DNA of 64,000 nt, from contig NW_027266275.1 in assembly GCF_022045235.1 (NCBI RefSeq), forward strand, positions 59,148,001 through 59,212,000, in the 5' to 3' direction. This document shows positions 37,261 through 50,910 of this stretch, in pieces (the stretch's first letter is position 1; every line of letters starts with the position of its first letter). The translations under genes and the position numbers were made by a program. This DNA is from Haliotis cracherodii. Its lineage: Eukaryota. Below the pieces are notes generated by a model. That model did not search any database and was not told the DNA's origin. It saw only the letters and a program-made list of their open reading frames with translations.

Positions 37261-40200
37261 TTATAAGCTACTGTTGATGCACTTTGTAACAGCTTGTACA
37301 GTTGCCTCAGCAGAATCTAGGGCCCCAGAGAAGTTTCCTTTCTGAGCAAATGCATCCCCAGCGAGGATGACTAGAGGCTTGGTCTCCAGCACCACACAGC
37401 CTGGGGAACCTTCATACTGCTGGAATACCTGTAACATAGGGCCAAACCTGTAACATAGTATCACCTGTAACATAAGGTCACCAGTAACATAGGGTCACAC
37501 CTGTATCTAGGGAACACCTGTAACTGGGGAACACCTGTAACTGGGGAACACCTGGAACAAGGTCACACCTTTAACTGGGGAACACCTGTAACATAGGGTC
37601 ACACCTGTAACAGGGTCACACCTGTAACTGGGGAACACCTGTAACATAGGGTCACACCTGTCACTGCGGAACACCTGTAACTTGGGAACACCTGGAACAG
37701 GGTCACACCTTTAACTGGGGAACACCTGTAGCATAGGGTCACACCTGTCACTGGGGAACACCTGTAACTTGGGAACACCTGGAACAGGGTCACACCTTTA
37801 ACTGGGGAACACCTTTAAATGGGGAACACCTGTAACATAGGGTCACACCTGTCACTGGGGAACACCTGTAACTTGGGAACACCTCGAACAGGGTCACACC
37901 TTTAACTGGGAACACCAGTAACATAGGGTCACACCTGTAACTGGGGAACACCTGGAACAGGGTCACACCTGTAACTGGGGAACACCTGTAACATAGGATC
38001 ACACCTGTAACATAGGGTCACACCTGTAACATAGGGTCACACCTGTAACAGGGTCACACCTGTAACTGGGGAACACCTGTAACATAGGATCACACCTGTA
38101 ACATAGGGTCACACCTGTAACATAGGGTCACACCTGTAACAGGGTCACACCTGTAACTGGGGAACACCTGTAACATAGGGTCACACCTGTAACTGGGGAA
38201 CACCTGTAACTTGGGAACACCTGGAACAGGGTCACACCTTTAACTGGGGAACACCTGTAACATAGGGTCACACCTTTAACTGGGGAACACCTGTAACTGG
38301 GGAACACCTGGAACAGGGTCACACCTGTAACTGGGGAACACCTGTAACATAGGATCACACCTGTAACATAGGGTCACACCTGTAACATAGGGTCACACCT
38401 GTAACAGGGTCACACCTGTAACTGGGGAACACCTGTAACATAGGATCACACCTGTAACATAGGGTCACACCTGTAACATAGGGTCACACCTGTAACAGGG
38501 TCACACCTGTAACTGGGGAACACCTGTAACATAGGGTCACACCTGTAACTGGGGAACACCTGTAACTTGGGAACACCTGGAACAGGGTCACACCTTTAAC
38601 TGGGGAACACCTGTAACATAGGGTCACACCTTTAACTGGGGAACACCTGTAACTTGGGAACACCTGGAACAGGGTCACACCTGTAACTGGGGAACACCTG
38701 TAACATAGGGTCACACCTGTAACACAGGGTCACACCTGTAACTGGGGAACACCTGTAACTGGGGAACACCTGGAACAAGGTCACACATGTAACTGGGGAA
38801 CACCTGTAAGTGATGTAAATTAGTGCATCGTGAAGATGGGCATGAGGCATATGAACAAATGGGCAAATTTGGCTCCAATTTCGTACATTTCTCTCCAAAT
38901 TTGACTCTTTTAATTTATTTTTCTACATTTTATATAATATATATATTACCCATTTCAAAATTGTTTTTCTTATACGTGATCAAAATACATTTCCTCCTTG
39001 TTCTAACCACGAAACTACGCGCTAAATAAATATCGTGGATATTATACACGCACCATTCTGATTCAGACACATTTAGTGTAACAAGACGGATGTTCTGATT
39101 GAACATTTTAGTCAGGCATCGTTTACCTCCCTTTATTGACTTGTTGACCAGTCACTTGTACACGCGGTTCGCACAGTTTCGAAGAAAGTAAACATGTTTC
39201 AACGCGATGGCAAATGGGTGTGCGTTAGTGTGCGTGAAATAATTCATATATTTTGTAACTCTACGATGAATAAGCTTTTAGAAAATACTACATGTAAGTT
39301 TCTGAAAAATATGTACACAGGAGAAAATTGCTGTAAAAACAGAACATTTTGCTCAATTTTTGCACATTTTTCTCCAAATTTGACTGTTTATTATTTTTCT
39401 TCTGACATTTTTTTCATGTCATACGATAACTAGTATGATGATCAATGACTCTACGTAATTTTGTTTCATTATTTTCACAAATAACACTTGTAGAGACATT
39501 TGTGTGCAAGAAATCCATGGTCCACTGACAGACCGTCACGCATACGAGTGACCCCTCTCAGGTGGACACGATTCCAGGTCCTTGAGTGTGTCGAAAAAGT
39601 GAATTACACAGTGGAAAAGCTATGTGGAAGTAATCATAACACGTTGGGTGAGAGGGGATCCAAGGTCAAAATTTATAATAAGGCCTCTCACGCTGGAGCT
39701 GACATTGGGAATAGGTAGCACAGATTGGTCACTACTTTGTGTGATCCTTATGTGTTTACATACACATCACTATGATATTGCTAAAACCATTTCTGGCTGT
39801 TGCATTCAACATCATTCACCCACTCGTTCATCAGTACTCTGGATCTTCACAGGTCGCTTACCTGTGAATACCTCCACTTGTGACTTTTAACGACCTCTGG
39901 CTCGGGTAGATCAGGTAGGATGTCACGCAGGTGCTGCATGATCAGGGGCTTCATAGCCTCCTTGTCTGTCTCCAAGTGCTGGAGGCTGAAGGGCACGCTG
40001 GTGTGGACTAGCACCGACGGGGGCACATCTGAGGCAGATCACACCAGTGTCAAAACAAACCTCCAAGCTATATCACTATGTTGTCATTCCAAAAGGGGAA
40101 TCAGGTACAGTGCTATATTACCCATAGGAACAATCTCATTAAAATCATACAGAGATATATCATATGGGAGATAAAGATTTGATTGAGACTGTCCATTGGA

Positions 40201-43200
40201 GGATCAATAGAGGAGGAATAATGTCAGTAATTACATGTATTATTATACCGTAATTATAATTTTGGCTTTATGCTGATTGGCTGGTTTGTCCCAATTGTTG
40301 TACTGTTTGCAAAGAAGCTCATAGCAACGTGATGCCATACAAATACATTGTTGCAAATAACACAAGATAGTCATCCATTGTTCACGATCTCACACTTTTC
40401 CACATTTTCTCAGAAAATCGTCTTCCCAAGGCAAGGGAGATAACTGTGAAAGTCAAGCTTCCACCATTGCCGAACTAGGCTGAAATTTCTGTGCTTGATC
40501 ATAGCGCCACCACTGGCCTTTATGAGTTATGTCTCTTCTATGTCCCTCCTATTGACCAATCAGATTCCATCTCTCACATCACTTGCATTTGTTTAAAAAA
40601 AAATGGCGGGGCTAAGGCAAGACAATCTGAACAAATGAACCGAAATCAGTAAGGCATTTATAAAATAGATGTCGATTTTGATTTTGATTGGACTATGCAC
40701 AGACTTGTTAGTCAAGCCAAAATATACCTCCATAATTCCGGCCAAGGTTGGCAAGTGTGGAAACTGTACTTTTATAGTCAATTAACACCCTTGCCTGAGG
40801 AGATGCAGCAAATAGACTGTGGGCAATATGTTGATAAACTGACTCCAAACTCGGCATCACAGATTATCTTTTCCCCCCAAGACTTTGAAAATTAATTCAT
40901 TCTAGACCGATGATCATAACTCCTTCTTGTTCATAATATTCTCAAATCGTCTGAGTACACACTGGTTTCCTTCTCACTGGGACCAGGCCAAGACACGATG
41001 CACTGGGTAAAAATAGTGACTGCACTAAACACTGAGCGTTTTGTCATGGGTGATGGGATGAACGTAGTGTATTCCAACCAGGTAAGTACAGATGATGCAC
41101 AGTTGTAGGTTATTCTATAAATAGTTTACCACGCAATCCTCGTTTCCTGTTATCTATGGCCACAAATCGTATACAGGGACCATCAAAGAAGTACTTGGCA
41201 TCCCACTGGAAGGGCAGCTGTGTTCCTGGTGGGTAGAAGAGACCCAGACAGAACCGTGAAGAGTACGACACCTTCTCCAGACACGCCCTCACACTGGACT
41301 GGCCAGCTGAAATAAATACAACATGCAGCTGTTCAGCTTTCAACAGCGAGTGACAGAATGAAGTTTTATGTGGGAACTTCGGTTTGCCCCCTTGGTTTTT
41401 CCCTCTCCCCAGGGCATGCTCTGTCTACCAAAACCTCATGAGCGTGTTTTCTCCAATACTTAGCAATATTCCAGCAATATCACGATGGGGGGACACCAGA
41501 AATGGGCTTCACACATTGTACCCATGTCGGGATTCAAACCCGGGTCTTCGGCGCGACGACAGAACGCTTTAACCACTAGCGTACCCCACTGCCCCCATAG
41601 TAAAACCACCTGCCCCCAATGCCAAATTTAGAAGACATGGGACCATTTCTGGGTTACACTTCCTTCCGTGGCTCACAGCTGAGAACGTATGACCTATGGA
41701 ATAGGAATATGGTACCCCTAATCCTAGTCTCCCCTTATGAATAGTCAACTTCTTCCCCTGTATCTGCCACACTCTGACAACACTCCAGAAAAGGGTAAAC
41801 CTAACCTCATAAATTGTATGAAAGAGTTGAGGGATGAAAACAGCAGAATTGTATGGTTTTAATTGCATGATGAGAAGGAATATACACTTTGTTACACCTG
41901 TGCATCTATACACTGGATAAGTGAGTTTGTTTTAATGCCGCTTTGAACAGTATGGAGCACATCAGCTCGATATTGGCGGAATTGTCTTAGACTTTGGGGA
42001 AACCAAAAATCATGGTAATGGTGCTGACCAACCTGGAAACAATCCAGGGATTACAAAAATAATAATTAGGGATTCAAACCCATTATCATAGGTTTCTGAC
42101 ACACCTAAGGGATGCAACTCTGCACAGTTAATCGTGGCTCCTTGAACAACTTGGCCACCAGAGTTCCCTACATTGGATCAACAGCCCACAGATAAAATTA
42201 TAAGAAAACAGATGTCAAACTCTCAACAAACATTTCCTGTAAGTAGTCACTTACCTATACTTCGCTGTATGGCCCCTTTGAGCTGGAGAATCTGGGGTAC
42301 TGGCATGGTCAGTATAACAGCATCAAACTCCTGACTGGTGCCTGCCTGAGTTGTCACCTGGACCGCTTGACAATCTCCTGACTTGAAGTCCACCTGAGAT
42401 ATGTGGTGCTCATACTTGGCCTCAGCCCCTTGTACACAAAAACATCAGTCTTATCCACTGGGTACGACCCCTAAATACATGTGTGTTTCTGGCTAAGTGA
42501 CTGACCCTAATCCCTGGCCCTTCTTTGGGATTTTTCTCAATAATACTATCACTATAGATCCTCCAGTCACTGTCTTCATTTGAAAGCTGGCTTTGTCTGC
42601 CATACACCAAATTACGGTTGACGAAAGAAATAAGGTTTAAAAACCCCTCTCATAAACCCCCTACACCATATTTTGAAGGGCTGAAATTGGAAACACATAT
42701 AATTTTGTTGGCCAAAATGTATAGAACGGTTTATTGAAAGTAATATTAATTCTGGCTGCTTTAAAATGATTTATGTCCTTTTTTCCTGTATGTGCTGTGA
42801 ACCTGGCAACATATCCAGATTAAAATGCATCAAGTTTTCAATGTAAGTGACACTCATTCTTCACTGGCATTGATTTCATAGTACTGTAGCTTAATAGCTG
42901 TAATACATATTCATTTGATGAGCTGGGGTAAGAGGAGATGGCAATGTCACTGTTGACCTTCCAGTGCCTCATGGTTAGCTTGGGTTGTACAAGGACATAA
43001 ATTACCTGATTTAGCGAGGTAGTGTTTGACGAGAGATCCGCTTCCTGCTGGCGTCACATAATGCCGGCAGTCGACGGAGTTGTCTCCCTCTAACACGCCC
43101 TTGAAGGGTTTAACTACTCCAGCAGACTCCAGCTCATCAAACAGACTGCAACAGAGAGGACGATGGTTATTTGTTGTCATTTGTACACTCTTCAGCAATG

Positions 43201-46200
43201 AAGACTGATATTACAATGCTGCAATTGGACATTGAGGAAAATTGACAGTTTTCATTTATTTCATTTATTCTGGTGCATTTGCCCTATGTTTCAAATAATT
43301 ACAGCTCATTTTATTATTTCTGCTTCACCGATTCTTCAGATTCTTGATTATATATTAAGGTGTCTTTTTTTATTTTTTCTGTTTGCAGATTCAGCTGAAA
43401 TGAGCTGCAATCACAAAAAAAAAAAATGTAGTATATAATCCTTTTTTAGAGAAAAATGTATCTGTAAATCAACAAAACAAAAGTAGTCCATGTGAATCAA
43501 CCTTTGTCTCTTGGTCTTGTATTGTGGTGTCAAGGTGAAGTACTGAGCTCCCAAGTCGACAGTACAAGTGTCATCTCCTGGCTTTCGCGATGTTGACATG
43601 CGACCTCCTGTAAAAATGATTGTCAATAATAAACAATGAGGTGAGGTGAAATTGGGTTTAACGTCGCGTCCAAGATTATTGCACTTATATAGCGACGTGC
43701 ATGGATGTGTATGTGTGTGTGTGGCTGCTTGTACTAGTCTAGACTGATGCCGATTTATAGTGCTAGCACACTGAGATACCATGCCGCAGTTTAACATGAA
43801 TACCCCACTCAGACACAGTATACTGACTACGAGCCGACCAGCCCTTTAATGCTGTGCGCCAGACAGGGTAACAACAAGTACCATCTTTTAACGTCTTTTG
43901 GTATGATGCAGCCGTGGATCGAACCTGGGACCTTCCACTCTCCGGGCGGACGCTCTACCACTAGACCACGGAGGCGGTCTAATAAACAATGACATCGCTG
44001 AATAACCCCACAAAAGATTTCCACCCACTCAAAAATGTTTAACTCTTGTCCAAAGAGCATGATGAAATTTGAAGAGATGAAACATGATAAGAGTATATTT
44101 GGCTCCATAGATGAACCATGAGGTGAGGTGAGGTGAGGTGATGTGAGGTGAGGTGATGTGAGGTGAGGTGAGGTGAGGTGAGGTGAGGTGAGGTGAGGTG
44201 AGGTGAGACAATTCTGTATTGCCCAGAATTCTCTTACATCAGAGCATCACGAAACATAATACAAGAAAAAAACTGGAATAAAAGAGGTCTGGGATCATTT
44301 CCATTTAACTTTTGGAGTGAGATATCTTTGCCCAGATGGGAAATCAGAAAAACAAGGGTTTAAGATGTTAGAACTAAGGTAATGTTCCACAAACTCAGCC
44401 AGCCTTTTGGAGGCATGTTCATATTTTGAGTTAAAACATGGCCACAAGTCTGCTCATCCCAAAAGTTGAAAAAAACATTGAATGAACATGTATACATATA
44501 ACATTTAGCATGTAGGCTAGTTCAGGTGGTTGGATTTACATTATTGTGTGTGTAGCGGCCATAAAATTTCCGAGTCCGGTAATGGGATTCGAACCACGGA
44601 CCTTCTGATCCGAGGTCGGACGCCTTGTCCACATGACCAAAGAGGTTAACCCTGTCAGCAAGCTGACAAGGTAAGGATGTCATCTGTGGGATGACTCCAC
44701 GCCCTGCTACACACTCCCTCGTCAATGGAAGGCATGTCCTGGGCTGCATAGTTGGGTAGTGAGGCTTACTTTGCTCAAATTTAATATGAACGTGCTCTGC
44801 CCAACGTTGGGTGCCAATGTAACGGCCATCAAATTTCCGAGTCCCGTGATGGGATTCGAACCACAGACCTTCTGATCCGAGGTCGTACGCCTTGTCGACA
44901 TGAACATAGAGGTTAACCCTGTCAGCAAGCTGACAAAGTAAGGATGTCATCTGTGGGATGACTCCACACCCTGCCACATGTGTATCCCTGTATTACATAG
45001 GTAATCAAACAGCCATATTGGCTCGGGCCCCAAAACTGATTTTTGTGTGTTTCTGTTGTCCTAAACCTTTTCACTTGGTTTTGGCCTCAGCAAAATAGTT
45101 ATTAGATAGACAAAAGTATGAGGAGATCCTACAGAACAGAAATCAATTTAAAACCAGATTCCAAAATTAGAGCCACAAAGCTCTGCAGGTCACCTGAGTT
45201 TTTTTCTTTTCTGATCAGAAAGGTCATACAAATAGAAAAGGAGCATAATTAAAAGAAGTCTTTACACAACAGACATTGTCGTGTGCGCTTATTAGTGCGG
45301 GGCGGTTATTACGTCGAATATGGTAATACGTGACTAACTGGCTATACAGAGAGCATGAATAGCATATTCATCAGGACTGTCATGGCACTATATTGGCTGC
45401 CACAAGGACACATGTAAAGATGAAAAGATTGTGTCAATTAAATCTCACAGTAACTAGCAACATGTTATTGGGCATACATTAGACTAATATCTGGTCTCTG
45501 GAATGAATATATTTTAAAGAAAAAAACAACAGTTGTTAAATTATAGTTATGAAATTTTCATTTTCAGATGATAGTATGACACAGTAGTAATTTAGACTTG
45601 CCAAACATTACAGACTTGCACGGGCTGTATTGGATATATTTATTTCAGGGTCTGTTTAATCAGAGATATGGTCTCTGGTTTAATAGATTAGGCATAACTC
45701 ACACTTACTGGATATCAAATTTCAAAACAATCTGCACATAAATGATTGAGTAATAGGCAAGAATTACAATTTTAATATCGCTGTCCAGATCGATGTTTAA
45801 ATCAGATCTGATAAAGTTTACCATGGACACGCTTCAAACAATAGATTACCAGGTGAACCATAATCCATGACAGTTCTGCAACTGTTGGTTTATAACTATA
45901 TTTGATCACCTGATTAGGTATGGTAAAATCAGTTTCAAACATGCATGTCCCTTGTGATAAATGATTGCAGGACTCAATGCCCAGGTGTACTGTCAACGAG
46001 TTTATTCACGGAGTGTGGGTGCAATATAAGAGTGAATATTCTCCTACCCTATTTTTTTTATCCCAGTGATGAAATTCTCTCGTGTCAGGATGATTCTCCC
46101 TAGGGAATTTGAACCCATACCAGTGTGTTTAATCCTATCCTATACTATACTCTAGAGTAAAACTTCTCCTGGGATAATATTTAGGTAGGATAGAATCCTT

Positions 46201-46451
46201 GCTTACACAAGCACCTGCCAGTAACGACATTCGATCACGTTTACCTATTACATCACATCATATTCCTACGTTCTGGATAATGATCATAATTATCATGTCT
46301 TGTTCATTAGGGAGGAACCGTGCTGCTGCTAACCTGCCCCATGAGACTTGTCCCACAATGTGATCGTCGCGTCCTCAGGTAGTTCCTGACGCAACGCAGC
46401 CGCGGTTGCCGCTCCTGTGATGCCTGTGCCTGCAACCAACACCCGCGCCAT
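37261..46451 (-). CDS. RNLS: Renalase (FAD-dependent oxidase), 349 aa; exons 46451-46334, 43607-43502, 43145-43006, 42428-42255, 41306-41130, 40028-39862, 37428-37261
   Basis: N-terminal Rossmann motif VLVAGTGITG; WDKSHGAGGRMSTSR; DLGAQYFT; FDAVILTMPVPQIL; VSYSSRFCLGLFY; HKWRYSQV; LAGDAF. All six introns GT-AG with consistent phases. Confidence 0.93.
37429..38808. repeat. Complex minisatellite built from splice-junction-like modules, abutting the last renalase exon
   Basis: On the - strand, shuffled modules CTATGTTACAG/GTGTTCCCCAGTTACAG/GTGTGACC resemble the real junction CTATGTTACAG|GTATTCCAGCAG. Confidence 0.9.
40445..40830. mobile_element. Diverged long-TIR MITE related to 15464-16050
   Basis: Shares TTGCCGAACTAGGCTG, TAGCGCCACCA and AGTCAATTAACAC-CTTGCCT motifs with that element. 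Confidence 0.6.
43637..43979 (-). mobile_element. tRNA-derived SINE (8382 family)
   Basis: Reverse complement begins GACCGCCTCCGTGGTCTAGTGGTAGAGCGTCCGCC; (CACCT)n tail. Confidence 0.85.
44119..44206. repeat. (GAGGT)n pentanucleotide microsatellite
   Basis: Read directly; same motif as the tail of the neighbouring SINE. Confidence 0.95.
44551..44978 (-). mobile_element. Complete miniature LTR retrotransposon (TRIM) with a tRNA-Arg-derived segment in both LTRs
   Basis: Two 161-bp TGT...ACA direct repeats (44551-44711, 44818-44978), 106-bp internal region, tRNA-Lys-like PBS TGGCACCCAACGTTGGGC, PPT GACGAGGGAGTG, and 4-bp TSD TGTG. Confidence 0.88.
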
Positions 46452-47153
46452 GGTGTGTCGGAGCATCGATTTGATCGAGGTCAAATTCCTTATCTCCCTG
46501 AAACAGTCTCACGTGTGATCGTGACAGAGAGAGCAAAACTCAAACAAAGCAAGGGAGGTAACTCTAAATTACTATTTCTCCCTACTACACAAGAGAGCTT
46601 CGATGGTCGCCGGATCTAGGAGTGATACCCGAAAGATCTTACCCGAAAGAACCCAGAGCTTTGGGTCTTAAATGTGACATTAGTTTTAAAACAGATTGCT
46701 CGAAACATTGTACATTATTCGTGAAAAATATGATTTAATATATTCACGAATTCGATTCTAGATCTCTCTGGGTAATATGTACACTCTTTTCGGGAAAAAG
46801 GAAAACATGCGAAGGCGAACCCCCACTTGCACAGAAAACCAAGAACAACCACTGACCACTTAGACAGAACAAGCTGCTACGATGATATGTCAATGAGCCA
46901 CCACTCACCTGCTGAAGCTTAGGTCTCTGTAATGTATTGAAGCGCTTGTAAAATGCAACATTGAGCAATGCAATCCGGAAGAAAAACTTAGAAAAAAACA
47001 GCTCCACCTCATTTAGCTCCCGTGCACAAGATGACCTTGCAATGGGAACATTTTAAACATAGGTGCGATTCATAATCATTTCGTAAAAATGTTTATTATC
47101 TTATGATTTTTATAATGGTAATCATCCCAGAAAAATGTTCAGACCAATATCTA

Positions 47154-48572
47154 TACTCACACGCTAAAGAAACGCAAGTGGTTTTAAGCAAATAGGTAAC
47201 AACACGGAGCCATAAATTGATACGATTTTTAGCATGTAGTGAAGCCTGATGGTGTTATCAATATTTTTGGTTGTATTTTTGAAGCCCCGAGTAAAAACGC
47301 AACATAAAAGACGAATCGCCAAAACGCACCATTTCAATGAATATGTGGGTATCATGCACCCTTTTCTCGCGAAACTGTAGTTGGTATAGACTGTGGCCCA
47401 TTTTTGGACCTACCACTCCTTGGTCAACAATGCCACGCCTAACTCAAATTCAGAGAAACCAGGCTATCGGACGTTTTGAAGCTGGAGAGTCTGTCCAAGA
47501 TGCTGCCCGTCATTTCAACGTTAACATAACCACAATTTACCGTCTCCTGCATCGATACAATGCTACACAGACCACAGATGACCTTCCACGGAGCGGTCGT
47601 CCTAGGGTCACCACACCTCGACAAGATCGGCAGATTACCCGTCAACACCAGCGACATCCGTTCCTAACTGCAAGTGAAAGTTCTTGACAGACCATAGGAA
47701 CATAATCGACACATTAGCCGGGACACTGTGTTCCGACGTCTCCGTTCCAACAACCTCAGATGTCGCCGACCAGCACGTTGTCCTGTTCTCCAACCACGGC
47801 ATCGACAAGCACGACTTCAGTGGGCAAAGGGGCGTCATCGTGAGTGGAGGCGTGTCATCTTCTCTGATGAAAGAAAGTCGCTTTTGTGTCTCCCATGCAG
47901 ACGGAAGAGTCCGAGTTTGGCGGCGTCGAGATGATCGTTTCGCTGACAGAAACATTGTGGAAAGGGATCCATGGGGTGGACCTAGCGTCATGATATGGGC
48001 AGGGATTGGACTTAATGCGAGACTTGGACCCATGTGCTTTCTGAATGTTGGTCAAGGTCGGGGACACGGCGTCACTGCTCAGCGATATATCGACCGAGTG
48101 ATCAGACCCCATGTTGTTCCATTTTTTGCACAACATCAACAACACATTTTCCAGCAGGACAACGCTCGTCCCCACGTTGCCAGAGCTACCATGGCCTTTC
48201 TGCAACAACACACCATCCGTGTTCTACCGTGGCCAGCCCTCAGCCCTGATCTGAACCCCATCGAACACTTGTGGGATGAGGTTCAAAGGCGTTTGCACAA
48301 TGTGCGCCAAGTCCGTACAACTGCCGATGAACTACGCACAGCTGCTCTGGATGTGTGCAGGAGGATCTCTAGGGCCTTCACAAATCGTCTGATCCACTCA
48401 ATGTACAGGAGATGTGTGGCAGTGATCAATGGTAATGGTGGTCACACCAGGTATTGACTGACAGTTTGGGTATTGACCCAAATTGGCCCTATTAGTATAT
48501 CTTGTCTTTACTGCTGAAAATAAATAACATGTTTACTGCATACTCGACTTGCGTTTCTTTTGCGCGTGAGGA
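47154..48572 (+). mobile_element. Full-length Tc1 (DD34E-type) transposon
   Basis: TIRs TACTCACACGCTAAAGAAACGCAAGT / ACTTGCGTTTCTTTTGCGCGTGAGGA flanked by TA; encloses a transposase gene. Confidence 0.92.
47430..48457 (+). pseudogene. Tc1 transposase with two frameshifts (~47680 and ~47870)
   Basis: MPRLTQIQRNQAIG...DLPRSGRPRVTT; WRRVIFSDE/ESRF; FQQDNARPH; WPALSPDLNPIEHLW; NGGHTRY*. The motifs are split over three ORFs. Confidence 0.9.
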
Positions 48573-50160
48573 TATATTTTAGTGACCGAAAATATTTGCC
48601 CTCATTTTAGTGAAACGAGAAGAGTCGTAAACTGTTCTCTTCTTATGGATTTCTCATATTGCTTGAGTAAACGACCAGTTCCGCTGAGAATTTATTCCAA
48701 CCAGTAAATGAGTATAAAAACTTCTCTGGTAAAATTGGTTCCTGGCCACACTGCTAAACGAACATAAATAAAAGCATGATCTGATAATTTGTGACCTTCG
48801 GATCTGTACAATTCGCGCATTCCATAACATCAGCATGGGTGTAAGGTGACGAATCTATAAAGACGTGCTACATGAAATCCACGTGCATTGCGTTACACTC
48901 CACACGCAGTTCCCTGTTCAAAGGAAATGGATTTTTCCGTTGAATTTGGAACGCTTACTGTCCAAATTCGACAAAACATATTTTAATGTTTGATTAGCAG
49001 TAGATGTGACAGCTCAGTATAGAGCCCCAGTGTTATCTACGACACGATTTTTGTTAGGCACCTTATCTGTCAGTGCCCACGTCATTTCCAGGACATGGAT
49101 TTGGGTCAGGATTTGAATTCTGTTTGAAGTTTGTTTTTTGTTTGTTGTTCAACACCGCAATCACCAATTTTCCAGCGATTAGACGGCGGCTTCAAAGCAA
49201 TCGAATCTGGAGTAACGTCATGAATATCGATCTAGGCACATTTGGATACGATGACATGCATCAACTAAGTCGGAAGGCCAGACCACTCGATTCCGTTAGT
49301 CGCGCCTCTTACGACAAGTACATGGAGATCTTGTTACGACGTAAATTGTAAAAACGCGGTTAATTACACTTTACGTCGTAACAGATATCCTGAGAGTATT
49401 ATCGTTGTACCTTAATGGCGAGGATCGTTGCTCATGCTGTCAACCACAGGTTCAGACAATCATTTACTGATGTAGCTTTAATATTGATGACTACAGCAGT
49501 GTGCAACACCAGCCACATTATGGTAAATATATGAGGAGTGGTTTTTGTTTCTTTGGGTGTTTACAACATCGCACTCAGCAATGTTCCAGCTATATAACGG
49601 CGCCCTGTACGTACTCGAGTCCGGATCAAACAAACCAGTGATTTATATTTATATGAACAACTTTCCACGATGTCGGGATAGGATGCCATTCAATCAACCA
49701 GGTTACCGAGCCTGACTACCAGATCCATTAAGTAGTTGTCTCTACAGCTAAACACGGTAGCGAGCACTAAGATCTGATTTCAATGAGATTAATCCACTTA
49801 GTCGCCTTTTACGACAAGCCTAGGTCGCCGGGGATTCGAACTAGGAATCCTCACGGCGAAAAGACAAAAGCTTCAAATATACAACATTCTTCTCATGATA
49901 GAGATTATGTCATAATTAAGAAATAAACGACGAGTGGGAGTATTTTATCGTACAATAAAACTCTGCAGGGAGCATAAGCCATGAGGCTCGAAGCATTCTG
50001 CTATTAAGGCCTGCTATCTACAAAGCTATTTGTCTTGTCACCTGCGACGAGCCGAACTATAGCCAGGAATCTATGTATAGCATGGCCTCGGATCTCACTG
50101 ACCGAGATATAGCGGCCAAGGCCATTCCACCCAATATCTACGTTACTCCATTGTCATGGG

Positions 50161-50460
50161 GCCGCCTCCGTGGTCCAGTGGTAGAGCGTCCGCCCGGAGA
50201 GCGGAAGGTCAGGGGTTCGGTCCCCGACCGCGTCATACTAAAAGACGTTAAAAAATGGTACTTGTTGTTACCCTGTCTGGCGCTCGGCATTAAGGGGCTA
50301 AAACAAGCAGTGGTTGGCTCGGAGTCAAGTGCGGCATTGTATATCAGTGTGCTAGGACTACAAATCGGCATCAGTCCGGACTCGCATACACATGCATGCA
50401 CATTGCTATATATTTGCAATAATCTGGAACGCAATGTTAAACTCTATCTCACCTCACCAT
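50161..50460 (+). mobile_element. tRNA-derived SINE (8382 family)
   Basis: GCCGCCTCCGTGGTCCAGTGGTAGAGCG head and shared body. Confidence 0.8.
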
Positions 50461-50559
50461 CGTCATGGTTGCAGTGTCATCCTCAAGGGAGAACAATGCC
50501 AACACTTATACTACGGTGGTCATGTAGCAATATTGAAAACGACCTGATCTGATATCGTT

Positions 50560-50910
50560 TGATAGACAATTTCCATTTCGCTCCAGCCTATGATGTCTAC
50601 ATTGCACGACTTTTGAGGTACAATCGAGCATGCCCTTTCTATGAAGATTTCAAAGAACGTCATACAACTCTTGCTGAGAGGTTGTTTGATAAAGGTTACA
50701 ACATTCAAGACCTCACTAAAGCTGTGAAAGTCTTATGGCAGACATGTGGAGCGCATTTCCAACTTTGAGGTATCAGTGACAAAAATGAAGTGCGATGCAA
50801 TTCCCTATTTTGATTTCCACCATAGGTACGTTCCTCTGCATGCGTTGTGACGAGTGTCACGGATAGGGCAGGATCCGCTCACCATTTTGTGAATAACCGG
50901 TATCATATTA
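50560..50910 (+). mobile_element. Penelope-like retroelement 3' fragment
   Basis: PAYDVYIARLLRYNRACPFYEDFKERHTTLAERLFDKGY resembles the region just after the RT core of Penelope-like elements (recognition only, not searched). Confidence 0.5.

Noticed and set aside
37599-38898. Cys-rich repetitive ORFs (CYRCSPVTGVTL...)
   Set aside because: Translations of the intronic minisatellite, with frequent stops between modules.
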